DNA of 51,675 bases from Spirochaetia bacterium. GTDB taxonomy: Bacteria > Spirochaetota > Spirochaetia > DSM-27196 > Salinispiraceae. Below are positions 1-9,676 of this stretch, piece by piece (position 1 is the first letter of the stretch; each line of letters begins with the position of its first letter). Below the pieces are notes generated by a model. It made no database searches. It saw only the letters and a list, made by a program, of their open reading frames with translations, and was not told where the DNA came from. The stretch spans positions 1 to 51,675 of the forward strand of contig JBBRCZ010000016.1 of assembly GCA_038204425.1 (NCBI GenBank). Reading direction: 5' to 3'. Both the position numbers and the translations under genes were made by a program.

Positions 1-128
1 TATCACCTAAGCTAATCAATCAAACATTGACGTTTGCTACCAAGCCTAAACTTAGTAGCCTACTTAAGGTACCCGCACCAAAACTCTTCCAAGTTCTAAT
101 GCTTGCTTCCTTCCCCTTCTCTATTAAC

Positions 129-140
129 TGTTAAAGATCA
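129..140 (-). promoter_or_regulatory. boxA antiterminator in probable rRNA operon leader
   Basis: Minus strand TGATCTTTAACA, matching rrn boxA (TGCTCTTTAACA-like), about 100 nt downstream of a sigma70 promoter; no ORF in 1-330. Confidence 0.7.
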
Positions 141-238
141 TAAGACAACTTGAGGGCAACCCTCTTGATCGAGGATCAAATCCTTATCATACGTTGTCTC
201 TGATGTACACCCCTGCGCTTGGCCGGAGCGTGAGGCAT

Positions 239-267
239 ACTATATACGCTAGGCCGACCGTAGTCAA
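239..267 (-). promoter_or_regulatory. sigma70 promoter (probable rrn promoter) firing toward the window's left edge
   Basis: TTGACT-N17-TATAGT on minus strand followed by a GC-rich stretch. Confidence 0.7.
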
Positions 268-330
268 GCGATTCTGAGCGATTTTTGGCCGGAATTTAGC
301 TTTTTTGGAGCTCCATCGCAACCTTTGGAC

Positions 331-786
331 CTAATATGTAATATTAACTATACTCGGACTGGCCACAGAAAAAACGTTGCGCCCCAGTACTTTACCGCGT
401 ACGAGACTGAGTTCTTTTTTTAGGCTAACTGCATGATTCTGAAGAATTTGGCGGCTTTCTTGATTGCGTTGCAAGACTTGCTCTCGCAACTTGTCAAGAT
501 GGGAAGCAAGTTCGTCCAAGTCCGGACTTCCCATGGGCTGAACCGTGCGATAGAGCTCAGTAAGGGGCACTAAACAGTCTTGCACTTCAAGTATGCTTTT
601 TACCACCTGTTGTTCACGGATAGTGTACTCTTCCAAGTCTTCATAGTTGTTGCTGTTGATGGCCGACTCACGAACGTCCAATAGATCCAGATAGTTTTGC
701 AGGGTTTCGCGTTGATGTTCCATCATCTGTCTATAGCGTTTAAAAATTGCTATTCGCTGATCAAGATCAGCGGTACTTGTCAGCAT
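331..786 (-). CDS. flgN: flagellar export chaperone FlgN-like
   Basis: 151-aa helical protein directly downstream of fliS, with spirochaete FlgN-like features (YLDLLD...E; VLQRNQESR). Confidence 0.65.
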   Translation of the reverse strand: MLTSTADLDQRIAIFKRYRQMMEHQRETLQNYLDLLDVRESAINSNNYEDLEEYTIREQQVVKSILEVQDCLVPLTELYRTVQPMGSPDLDELASHLDKLREQVLQRNQESRQILQNHAVSLKKELSLVRGKVLGRNVFSVASPSIVNITY

Positions 787-790
787 AAGA

Positions 791-1210
791 CTACCCAGCG
801 ATATTCAGACCGGACGAAGCTCGGCCTTCTACATTGGTACGCACTGCAATGGTCGCCCAGGCGTCTCGCAACTCCAATAACATGTTCCTTACGGTGACCG
901 CAGGTTCAATGTCTTTTTTAAAGTTGGCTTCCATTAGCTGTCGATTAAACCAGATATAGAGGTTAAAAAGCCTGGTTGCAAACTCCCCGCCCGTCTCCAT
1001 ATCTAGCGAACATGACAGTTCGGTGACGATATCGCGAGCTTTCTGAAACGCAGCATTGACGATATCCAACCTGCTGCCTTCGCCACGAAGCTCTTCTACA
1101 GCCTGATCAATGTTGCGAATCGCGGCATCGTATAGCATGACGATGATCTGCCCTTGGGATGCGGTCTTGACCTTGGTTTCTTTGTAGGCATGTGCGGATG
1201 TTGTTTGCAT
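791..1210 (-). CDS. fliS: flagellar export chaperone FliS
   Basis: AYKETKVKTASQGQIIVMLYDAAI...ELSCSLDME.GGE...LFNLY...ELRDAW motifs. Confidence 0.95.
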   Translation of the reverse strand: MQTTSAHAYKETKVKTASQGQIIVMLYDAAIRNIDQAVEELRGEGSRLDIVNAAFQKARDIVTELSCSLDMETGGEFATRLFNLYIWFNRQLMEANFKKDIEPAVTVRNMLLELRDAWATIAVRTNVEGRASSGLNIAG

Positions 1211-1281
1211 TCGGTTGCCCCTTTCCTATGTTATTACAAGAAGCTGCTTGGATTTTCCAAGCCGCCTCTATTATTATCGGC

Positions 1282-3609
1282 TTATCGAGCCTGTTCTATC
1301 AATGCCGAAACGGGAACTATTTCATATCCTCGTTGCAGAAGACCATTAATAAGCACATCGAGTTTTTGAAACAAGTAGTCATCCCGGCCATTTGCAATAT
1401 TTTCGTCAAAACCTGGTCGTCCGACAGTCATGGCGATGACGCTGCCAGGCTTTTTTTGCTTGATTACAAACTCTACCAATGACGCAGCATCTTGATAAAG
1501 TTGATTGAGTCCAATGCCTTGAAAACGCGTAACAGAATCTAGGCTGTCTACATCCTTGCCAACCATGGTGTAGTTGAGTTCACGGCCAGCCTTAAGTATC
1601 ATGTCGTTTACTATATAGTATGGCGTTCTCCAAAGAAGAGTCAGTTCTTGGCCTGTAGCTTCGTTAAAATCGTCTTCATTGCGGGCCAAACCCTGTTTTA
1701 TAAAATCGGCGCTTATCTGATAGCGCGGGTCCGACATATTAAAGTATTGATAAAACAGGTTGCCAATCTCGTGGCCAGCTTCGGCGATTTCGCGACTGGC
1801 GCCAGGAAAACGTCTTATAAACTCACCGCTAACAAAGAACGTCGCTTTGACATTATAACTATCCAAGGTTGCAAGAATTTGGCCTAGACCGTCAGCCGAA
1901 TCGATGGCATTGAATGTCAGACTAACAGAACGGCGACGCAAGCGATTACCGTGTTGAAAGTGCTCAAAATTCACCGGTTCCGAGCCTGCCCCTGCCAAAA
2001 GTTCTTCAAATGTGGTCTTTGGGGGGTCAAAAAGTTGAAAAGTGCCGAGATCTTGTGTTTTTCTTACCATGACCAAATTTACATAAGGTCCTGAGTACAA
2101 CGTTTCTAAGTAAACACGATAAGACTGGTTTGCGCTCACTGCTTCGTTGACTAAATACGGCTCACGACTTAGCCACTTTCCCTCGTCGTTGGTTCGCACT
2201 TGGTCTTTGCTCTTGATAACCGGCAAGCCCGTTTCCTTATCAAAGCCTTGTGCCTCGGCCTGGCTAAAAAATAGGAACTGCCTATACAGTGAGTCAGCTA
2301 CTGCAGCGGGTAGACGAACAAGTTCTGTATACCACCGCCCAGCAATCACAAAGTCGTTGGCCTCCACCCAAATTGCGTGCAAAGGTTCTGGGTGTCGTAT
2401 CTCTCTCAACAATGCCCAGTCATGATAATTGCGAACCTGCACCCCTGTAGGCGTCACGAGCAAAACCTGCGTCAAAGTTCCATTACTTACGAGCTTAGAG
2501 CTGGCCGGAGATTCTAGCACCACAAAACGCGATGCGCGACTTACGTTGCTGGTGTCCAGTCGGTAAAATATTGAACGTAGTATGGGACCTGTGCGGTTGC
2601 TGGTAAGCAGCGTTATTCTATCGTCATTGGACCAAAGAACTTGCTTTAGTTCCATATAGCGCGGCAGAAGCAGATAGGGCAGCTCTACGGCCTTAGCTTC
2701 TCTGTCGTAGTCATCAATTCCAAGCAAATACAGGAAGATATTGTTGCCACCTTTGTCCAAAAGCAACATTCGACCTGATGGTGCAACCCAAAACCTATCG
2801 AAGATAGCGTCAAAACCTTGCGGCAGTCGGCCGATTATTTTACCTGGCTTTAAAAAATCTTGGTAAAAAGAACGGGTAAAGAGTTCGCCGGCTCTAATTT
2901 CGTAAACCAGCTTGCCACTCACGTAGATCAACTCATTGTTAAAACCAAAGGTCACGCTTGCAATGGTACCAGGCCCAATGCTGCGCAACTTTTCGTCGGG
3001 CATTTTTCCGGCCTGGGCTTGGTTTAAGGAAAAATAGTGCAAACGACCATTTTTTTGGTAAACACATATAGATGAGTCACTTGCCCAACGAACCGGCAAT
3101 GTGCTTAAGGTCAGTTCGGTTGCGGTACTGATTACATAGTCTTTTCTTTCTTGGATGTCGTAGAGGATCAAATCGCCCCTCGCACTACTGGTGGGGCGAA
3201 TGTAGCTAACAAATCTTCCGTCGGGGCTTGCTTGAACTGGTCCAAGCTTACCTATGCCTACCTCTCCTCCATTGAGAAAGGAACTCAGTCCAGCGACGGG
3301 GCTTACGTCACCGCCACTTACTTTGGTTCGAAACACGCCAAAACGATTTTGAATCTGAAGTTGGTTACTTGATGACAAGTAGGATATGCTCTCAGGAAAC
3401 CATGTCAAATGCCGCAAGAACTTGGTGTCGAGCTTGCCTTCAAACGAAGAGTTGTAGCTTCCATAGACGGGTGCGGTGGCCTGAGCGGTAAAAAGCAGTT
3501 TGTTGTCTTGGTTTAGGTCCAATGATTCAAACTTGAGATCTGCGTTTGCGTTAAAGAGAAACAAAGTCAGTAGGGCAAGAACCAAAATGGCACTTTTACT
3601 TTTCACCAA
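1282..3609 (-). CDS. exported beta-propeller plus polysaccharide deacetylase (NodB)-like protein
   Basis: Signal peptide; ASPDGRFVSY propeller-type motif; C-terminal VSLTFN...KATFFVSGEF...GHEIGN...WRTPY...GYEIVPVS NodB-like domain. Confidence 0.8.
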   Translation of the reverse strand: MVKSKSAILVLALLTLFLFNANADLKFESLDLNQDNKLLFTAQATAPVYGSYNSSFEGKLDTKFLRHLTWFPESISYLSSSNQLQIQNRFGVFRTKVSGGDVSPVAGLSSFLNGGEVGIGKLGPVQASPDGRFVSYIRPTSSARGDLILYDIQERKDYVISTATELTLSTLPVRWASDSSICVYQKNGRLHYFSLNQAQAGKMPDEKLRSIGPGTIASVTFGFNNELIYVSGKLVYEIRAGELFTRSFYQDFLKPGKIIGRLPQGFDAIFDRFWVAPSGRMLLLDKGGNNIFLYLLGIDDYDREAKAVELPYLLLPRYMELKQVLWSNDDRITLLTSNRTGPILRSIFYRLDTSNVSRASRFVVLESPASSKLVSNGTLTQVLLVTPTGVQVRNYHDWALLREIRHPEPLHAIWVEANDFVIAGRWYTELVRLPAAVADSLYRQFLFFSQAEAQGFDKETGLPVIKSKDQVRTNDEGKWLSREPYLVNEAVSANQSYRVYLETLYSGPYVNLVMVRKTQDLGTFQLFDPPKTTFEELLAGAGSEPVNFEHFQHGNRLRRRSVSLTFNAIDSADGLGQILATLDSYNVKATFFVSGEFIRRFPGASREIAEAGHEIGNLFYQYFNMSDPRYQISADFIKQGLARNEDDFNEATGQELTLLWRTPYYIVNDMILKAGRELNYTMVGKDVDSLDSVTRFQGIGLNQLYQDAASLVEFVIKQKKPGSVIAMTVGRPGFDENIANGRDDYLFQKLDVLINGLLQRGYEIVPVSALIEQAR

Positions 3610-3632
3610 GACACTCCATCGAGTTTATATTT

Positions 3633-3812
3633 CTATTTTCGGCATGCTTTGTGGACAGCTGAGCTTGTTTCTTCCATATAGGCATCCAAAAAAAAGGCAA
3701 GCTGGTCGAGCTGCTCAATCAGTCTTTCCAAACGGATAAGCATAAAACTTGCTTGGCGGGACTCGAGAGCTTTAAAGCTCTCTTTGGTAAGCACTTCAAA
3801 ACTGTTCACCAT
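3633..3812 (-). CDS. small hypothetical protein (about 59 aa)
   Basis: GGAGGT just before ATG/GTG; fills the gap between same-strand genes. Confidence 0.5.
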   Translation of the reverse strand: MVNSFEVLTKESFKALESRQASFMLIRLERLIEQLDQLAFFLDAYMEETSSAVHKACRK

Positions 3813-3914
3813 ACCTCCCTCGAGTTGCAAGAAGAGCACTCGTTTGATGCGTCGCTTTGATGCGAGCCCACTTATCTATAGTAAGCGCAAGCGTGGCGGA
3901 TTGCAATTGACACA

Positions 3915-4772
3915 CTATAAACCTGGGCTGAATGCCACCAGCCAACGCCCTTGTTCAAGTTTAAGGGTAAGACGAATGGTACGCCCATCTGCAAGGCGAC
4001 AGTCCACCTCAGCCTGTGTGTCTCCAGTTTGTTCATCGATTATTTGAGCGGCAGAAACTGCGCCAGAACTAAAGCCAGTTGCCGCTCGCGCACTGTCAAA
4101 AAGACCAAGTAGATTGAATATGGCGCGGCTCTCTCCAACAACCAAATCTTGCGCCGCAACAAAGTTTCCTTTGCTCATGGCATCAAGAAAGCTTTTTGCT
4201 TGCATACTTGGACTTCGTCTGCCGGTTGTTCGTAGACTCTGTGGATCGGTGCCCGCTTGGCGCGTGGACTGCATAAAGGAAAGCGCCTCATTGTTGAGAC
4301 GGGCCAACCACTTACCTTCAAACTTGTGGACTAGAAAGATAAAATCTTGACCGCTAGGCAAGCTTAACAAAACCTTGGCTTGTGCGGCTGGCTCGTACCA
4401 GTATACGGCTTGGTTGGCGCTGTTGGTGTAGCTCAAGACTCGCGTCTTTAGTTCTATGGTTTTGTCAAATGTAGTGGTTCTAGTGGTTGTTGTTGCAGCA
4501 CCAATGACCGACAGCGAGTCGTTGCCCGTTACAGCTCCCCGTTGGCTAGTTTGCTGCGGTGCATACATCTGGGCAATAGCCCCAGCCAGACTCACGATAG
4601 CACGGTCAGCAGGATGAACCAATGCTTCTATAGATTGCGGATTGTCAGAGCTGAGACCTAGGTAGAGTTTTTCTACCAAGGCAGCTGGCATCAAACCAAG
4701 CGGTCTAGCGCCAAGCAATGGTGTAAAACCCAAAATGCCACAACAAAGTATGCCTGCTATTCTTCTCAGCAT
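3915..4772 (-). CDS. exported protein with NTF2-like (DUF4878-type) domains
   Basis: Signal peptide; two segments ending in ...EGKWL / ...EQGRWLV; SP...AKSFLDAMSKGNFVAA pattern. Confidence 0.55.
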   Translation of the reverse strand: MLRRIAGILCCGILGFTPLLGARPLGLMPAALVEKLYLGLSSDNPQSIEALVHPADRAIVSLAGAIAQMYAPQQTSQRGAVTGNDSLSVIGAATTTTRTTTFDKTIELKTRVLSYTNSANQAVYWYEPAAQAKVLLSLPSGQDFIFLVHKFEGKWLARLNNEALSFMQSTRQAGTDPQSLRTTGRRSPSMQAKSFLDAMSKGNFVAAQDLVVGESRAIFNLLGLFDSARAATGFSSGAVSAAQIIDEQTGDTQAEVDCRLADGRTIRLTLKLEQGRWLVAFSPGL

Positions 4773-4861
4773 TGTGCCCCCTTTGTAACTATCGCCATGA
4801 ATTTGGTCTTAGTTAAGGACTTGCTCACAAAATGATAGTCGTGCCCGCCTCATTTTATCGA

Positions 4862-5389
4862 TTATACAGCTTCAAAATCCAAGCCCCTTAACCCTGCCTC
4901 CTGATAGCGGCTTACAAATGATTCTTGATAGAATAGTGGGCCAGCCCTCAGCCCGACACGAAAAACCAAGGGTGCAGAGGCTATTTCTGGCAAAAAAGCA
5001 TAACGCTTGACCCTCATGACGGTCTTTCCATCGGCCTGGTAGCGGATCTCACAATTGCCGTAGTCAAGCACATCACACAGCGGCGCATTGTAAGCAAATA
5101 GGCGCTCGCCATTTTCAGTAATTACTGGCAAGAGCTCACCGTTTTTGGCAAGTTGCTGCGAAAAAACACCCATAGCTTTTTCGTTTAGCATCAACGCGTA
5201 TGATGCCAGCCAGGGAAAGTCCGATGCTTGCACGACTTGCCCTAGACGCGGCGGCCGACGCCCTGCAATTACAGTCTGCCATTGCGCCAAAACTGGACTG
5301 CCATCCAATACCAAAAATAGGCCATATTCATCTTGCGTGGCCAAGTTTAGCCAGTCAAATCCCTCTGCGGCAAAGGCTTGGTAGAGCAT
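4862..5389 (-). CDS. Imm11-like (DUF1629-type) immunity protein
   Basis: SDFPWL...GELLP...DVLD...YAF...FVSRYQEAGLRGLDF pattern; its ATG directly follows the AHH gene stop (TAGATG). Confidence 0.7.
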   Translation of the reverse strand: MLYQAFAAEGFDWLNLATQDEYGLFLVLDGSPVLAQWQTVIAGRRPPRLGQVVQASDFPWLASYALMLNEKAMGVFSQQLAKNGELLPVITENGERLFAYNAPLCDVLDYGNCEIRYQADGKTVMRVKRYAFLPEIASAPLVFRVGLRAGPLFYQESFVSRYQEAGLRGLDFEAV

Positions 5390-5908
5390 CTAAAGCCCAC
5401 CGGCCAATAAGTCCCGCCGAATCTGCCCAAGTGCTGCTTTTACTTGAAGCTCATCGCGCGCACTTTCCAGCATCTGGTTGACGATTTCAAAATATTGGTT
5501 GGTATGAACAGTAGAGTGGACTGCAGAACCATAAGGATTGGCTGCGTCTAATGAAGATGGCAGAAAAACACCGTTGATCTGGTCGTTGATGTCAATTGAA
5601 TATTTTTGAAGCACTGCTCTTGCCCGCGCTGCGGCTGGTGCATTTCCTGCTACCATGTGGTGGGCGTCGCTGTCGCGGGGGCGCTTGAATCCTGCAGCCT
5701 TGAGATTTGCAGCAAGAATCCGCGAAGAAGACTCAGAGCCTGACTTTTCCGCAGACCCGTTATCTAGATTCTGATCATCAACGTTCGGGTCATGCTGGGC
5801 AAATAAGTTGCTTACTTTAGCAAAGGACTGGGGACCACTTATTATTAATTGTGAAAAACCAAAGCCAAGGCTGCTAAGGCAGGCTAAGATTATAAAGAAT
5901 TTTTTCAT
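5390..5908 (-). CDS. AHH-family (HNH/EndoVII fold) nuclease with N-terminal signal peptide
   Basis: DAHHMV...IDINDQINGVFLP...HSTVHTNQY motifs; MKKFFIILACLSSLGFGFS signal-like N-terminus (start moved to ATG 5908). Confidence 0.85.
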   Translation of the reverse strand: MKKFFIILACLSSLGFGFSQLIISGPQSFAKVSNLFAQHDPNVDDQNLDNGSAEKSGSESSSRILAANLKAAGFKRPRDSDAHHMVAGNAPAAARARAVLQKYSIDINDQINGVFLPSSLDAANPYGSAVHSTVHTNQYFEIVNQMLESARDELQVKAALGQIRRDLLAGGL

Positions 5909-5958
5909 GGTTTGGCCAATATGGGTCCGCAGCATGGTGCGGACCCAAAAACGGGATC

Positions 5959-6360
5959 TTAGAGTGGGTTAACGGAGGCAACTACCTTCCATTCACTAGC
6001 GACCTTTACTAAGTCAATATATTCTTCGATAGCAGGACTTAGATCATTGGGGCTGGTAAGAGTATAGATCACCCTTGCTGTTTCACCTTTTTCTTCGGTT
6101 CTAACAATTCTCAGAATTTCGTCTTGAATAAGTTTCATTTTTTCTTGGCTCATACCCGATACAAAGGTTGCCTGCTGCCTCAAAAACTCTCGTGATTCTG
6201 CGGTTGCATTCTTCTCTGCTTGTTCAAAATCAAGATTCTTGTAGGCCATCAAGTAGTTTTCTCCAACTGTTTGAGCTGGTGTACCTCCTTGAGCACACGA
6301 TGCCAAAAGAACTAAAGAAACAAGGGCCAAAACCAAGCCCACTCTAGCAAAAAGTCTCAT
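5959..6360 (-). CDS. lipoprotein, DUF4878/NTF2-like
   Basis: GGAGGA RBS, lipobox LLASC, TPAQTVGENYL...DLVKVASEWKV pattern. Confidence 0.65.
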   Translation of the reverse strand: MRLFARVGLVLALVSLVLLASCAQGGTPAQTVGENYLMAYKNLDFEQAEKNATAESREFLRQQATFVSGMSQEKMKLIQDEILRIVRTEEKGETARVIYTLTSPNDLSPAIEEYIDLVKVASEWKVVASVNPL

Positions 6361-6424
6361 AAACAATCCTCCATTTTGTGTAATTATAGCACCAATAGCG
6401 CTATCCGTTAAGGGCAAACTCAAG

Positions 6425-7750
6425 CTAAAGCAATTCCGCCGCGAGTTCGGCCAGTTTTGACCTCTCGCTTTTGGCCAACGAAACGTGTCCTGAGATGGAC
6501 TGGTTTTTAAACGCTTCTACCAAGTAGGACAGGCCGTTGGAACTTGCATCTAAATACGGACTGTCAATTTGATAAGGGTCTCCGGTTAGCACCACCTTGC
6601 TGCCTTCTCCCGCGCGCGAAACAATGGTTTTAACTTCGTGAGGCGTAAGGTTTTGCGCCTCGTCGATAATTATGAACTGCTCAGGCAGTGAGCGCCCGCG
6701 AATATAGGAAAGAGCCTCAAGTTCTATCACCTTGGTACTCAACAATTGTTCGACATTCTTTACGTTCTGCTTTTTGTAAACTGTCAATATATACTCGATG
6801 TTGTCAAACAAGGGTTGCATCCAGTGGCTCAACTTTTCGTCTTTGCTGCCGGGAAGAAAGCCAATGTCCTTGCCCATAGGAATTACCGGGCGACTAACCA
6901 AAACCCGCTGATACAACTTGTCTTCCATGACTTGTTTAATACCTGAGGCGATTGCCAAGAGTGTCTTGCCGGTGCCCGCTTTGCCAAGCAAGCTCACCAA
7001 GGCCACCGTTGGGTCAAGAAGCAAGTCAAAGGCCATCCGTTGTTGGTGGTTTAAAGCTTGCACGCCAGCTACCGAAGGCATTCGATAGTCAATATGGCGC
7101 AGGCGGTGACTAAGCGGGTCAAATCGAGCCAGTTCACTTTCGTTGTCATCTTGTTCCTTGCTGCGCTGGCTAAGGATATAATAATGATTGGGGCAGACAT
7201 TGTCAGGCCAAGCGATAGAACCTTCGTCTCTGAGTGCTCGTAGTGTTTCTGCACTTGCGTCTTGCTGCGTGTAGCCTTGGTAGAGCTTTTCGGCATTTAC
7301 CTTCTGTTTTTCGTAGTCTACTGAGCGAATACCCAAGGCTGTTGCCTTAACACGGGCATTGATGTCTTTTGAAACAAAGAATACTTGGCGTCCTTCTTCT
7401 TGCAAGGAAAGAGCCACCATGATTATTTTGTTGTCCATTTTTTCTATCAGAAGATCACCGGGAACCTTCTGACCGTGGCTGAGCATAACTCTGATTATGG
7501 AGCCATTTTCCATTTTGACACCTTCGGCTAAGTTGCCATGAGAACCAATCTGGTCAAGATGCCTAATGGCGCGGCGAGCATTGCGACCTTTTTCATCAGA
7601 AAAAGTCTTAAGTTTATCAAGTTCTTCTAGCACCCAAAGCGGGATAACTACTTCACTCTCTTTAAAGCTAAAAATAGCGTCGGGTCGATGAATCAAAACG
7701 TTGGTATCGATAACAAATGTCTTGGTTCCGGGGCTCAACGTTGTTGGCAT
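6425..7750 (-). CDS. PIN domain-PhoH family ATPase (PhoH2/YlaK type)
   Basis: N-terminal PIN (VIDTNVL, LEELD, SKDINARVKA); Walker A GKAGTGKT; RGRS, IDEAQN and GDPYQID motifs. Confidence 0.95.
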   Translation of the reverse strand: MPTTLSPGTKTFVIDTNVLIHRPDAIFSFKESEVVIPLWVLEELDKLKTFSDEKGRNARRAIRHLDQIGSHGNLAEGVKMENGSIIRVMLSHGQKVPGDLLIEKMDNKIIMVALSLQEEGRQVFFVSKDINARVKATALGIRSVDYEKQKVNAEKLYQGYTQQDASAETLRALRDEGSIAWPDNVCPNHYYILSQRSKEQDDNESELARFDPLSHRLRHIDYRMPSVAGVQALNHQQRMAFDLLLDPTVALVSLLGKAGTGKTLLAIASGIKQVMEDKLYQRVLVSRPVIPMGKDIGFLPGSKDEKLSHWMQPLFDNIEYILTVYKKQNVKNVEQLLSTKVIELEALSYIRGRSLPEQFIIIDEAQNLTPHEVKTIVSRAGEGSKVVLTGDPYQIDSPYLDASSNGLSYLVEAFKNQSISGHVSLAKSERSKLAELAAELL

Positions 7751-7797
7751 GTCTTGTTCTCCCTGCGTTTATTATAAGCATCTTACTCAATTTTACC

Positions 7798-7840
7798 AAA
7801 AAAAAGAGGCCGTATCCTTTGGTATAGGATAAGCCTCTTT
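7798..7840 (-). terminator. intrinsic terminator of hydrogenase operon
   Basis: Stem AAAGAGGC-TATCCT/AGGATA-GCCTCTTT followed by a U-run on the minus strand. Confidence 0.75.
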
Positions 7841-7891
7841 CTACTTTGCTAGCAACCGACCGTTTACAAAACGTGGAACACGACAGGCGCT

Positions 7892-9649
7892 TTACTTTTG
7901 ATAGAGTGGTCTCTCTACGTAGTGAGTATGGAGCAGCTCGTGAGCCTTGTGACTGCCTGGTTCGCCCAAAAAGTCAGTGTAGATCTTCTGGATATCGGGG
8001 TTCTGGTGACTGCATCGCTTAACCGAGCGTTCATCATCAGAATAGATGCCGGCGATTCGCTGAGCACGCACCTCATCAGTAGTTCCGTAGGGTTGACCGC
8101 CACCAGAAATACATCCGCCGGGGCAGGCCATCACTTCAATAAAGTCCCAAGGGCTTGGTTTTCCCTCAGCCTTTGCTGCGCGTACTGCATCAAGAACTCG
8201 GCTCACGTTTGAGAGAGTATGTGCTACAGCGATCTTTACCTTGGTTCCCTTGATGTCGATCTCGGCTTCTTTGACACCTTTGAGCCCTCGTGTTGCAGCA
8301 AAATTGACGGCGTCCCCTTGGAGGTCTTCGCCTGTTATTAAGGTGTAGGCGGTGCGCAAAGCAGCTTCCATAACACCACCGGTTACACCAAAGACAGTTC
8401 CAGCACCCGAATACTGGCCTATTGGGCTGTCTACGGTTTCTTCACTAAGTTGGTTAAAGTCGATGCCGGCTTCTTTAATCATTTTGGCCAGCTCGCGGGT
8501 GGTAATAACACAATCAACATCATGCTCCCCTGAGGACTTCATGTGTTCATCGCGGCCAATCTCGTATTTTTTGGCGGTACAAGGCATTATAGCAACCGAG
8601 TAGATCTCGTTAGGCTTTTTGCCAACCTTTTGGGCGTAGTATGTTTTGGTGATTGCGCCTTGCATCATCATCGGACTCTTGGCAGTAGAGAAGTTAGGGA
8701 TAAAGTCAGAGTAATACTTCTCCATATAGTCGACCCAAGCCGGACAGCACGAAGTAATCAATGGTAAGACACCACCCTTGGTAAAGCGATTAACAAACTC
8801 CGTGCCTTCTTCCATAATCGTCAAGTCGGCAGCAAAGTTGGTATCAAACACCGCGTCAAATCCTAACCTACGCAGTGCAGCGTACAAGCGCCCTGTTTCG
8901 ACGGCGCCACGTTGGCCCTCAAAACATTCTCCGATTGCAACACGAACGGCCGGTGCAATCTGAACCACTACGTGCTTTGATGGGTCTTGCATGGCGTCCC
9001 AAACTTTCTTGGTGTCATCGCGCTCGTAGATGGCGCCAACTGGGCAGTGCGCCGAACATTGGCCACACTTGATGCAGGGGCTCTCGGCGAGGCTTACATC
9101 GGCTGCTGGCGCAATGCGGGTTTCGTCACCTCGTGATAGCATTTCCAAAGCCCAAACATTCTGCATTTCTTGACAGACGTGGGCGCAGCGACCGCAAGCA
9201 ATACACTTGTAAGGGTCAAGAACAATGGCCGGACTTGTTTCGTCCTTGGGCAAGCGTTTGACACCTGACTGAAAGGGCTGCTCGCGAATGCCAAACTCGC
9301 CAGCCAGGGTCTGCAGTTCACAGGTACCATTGCGTGGACAGTACAAACACTCGTTAGGGTGGTTGGCCATAATCAGCTGCAAAACGCTCTTTCTTACCTG
9401 AACAATTTCTGGATCATGAGTAATTACGTTCTGCCCTTCTTCTATCGGTGTGGTACAGGCGCGAAACATCTTGGGGCTGCCCTCGAGTTTTACGACGCAG
9501 ATACCACAACTACCCCAAGCCTCGAGGTCAGGGTGCTGACACAGGGTTGGAATCTTTACTTGGACATTGCGTGCGGCGGCCAGAATCGTTGTACCTTTTT
9601 GGACCTGCACGTCTTTGCCATTTACTTTTACGTTTATCATGGTTGACAT
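7892..9649 (-). CDS. hydA: [FeFe]-hydrogenase catalytic subunit, group A3 (HndD/HydA)
   Basis: H-cluster motifs TSCCPAW, MPCTAKKYE and EVMACPGGCISGGGQP; N-terminal 2Fe-2S, His-ligated 4Fe-4S and 2x4Fe-4S domains. Confidence 0.97.
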   Translation of the reverse strand: MSTMINVKVNGKDVQVQKGTTILAAARNVQVKIPTLCQHPDLEAWGSCGICVVKLEGSPKMFRACTTPIEEGQNVITHDPEIVQVRKSVLQLIMANHPNECLYCPRNGTCELQTLAGEFGIREQPFQSGVKRLPKDETSPAIVLDPYKCIACGRCAHVCQEMQNVWALEMLSRGDETRIAPAADVSLAESPCIKCGQCSAHCPVGAIYERDDTKKVWDAMQDPSKHVVVQIAPAVRVAIGECFEGQRGAVETGRLYAALRRLGFDAVFDTNFAADLTIMEEGTEFVNRFTKGGVLPLITSCCPAWVDYMEKYYSDFIPNFSTAKSPMMMQGAITKTYYAQKVGKKPNEIYSVAIMPCTAKKYEIGRDEHMKSSGEHDVDCVITTRELAKMIKEAGIDFNQLSEETVDSPIGQYSGAGTVFGVTGGVMEAALRTAYTLITGEDLQGDAVNFAATRGLKGVKEAEIDIKGTKVKIAVAHTLSNVSRVLDAVRAAKAEGKPSPWDFIEVMACPGGCISGGGQPYGTTDEVRAQRIAGIYSDDERSVKRCSHQNPDIQKIYTDFLGEPGSHKAHELLHTHYVERPLYQK

Positions 9650-9676
9650 ATTTTTATTCCTCTCCGACTTAGCGAC

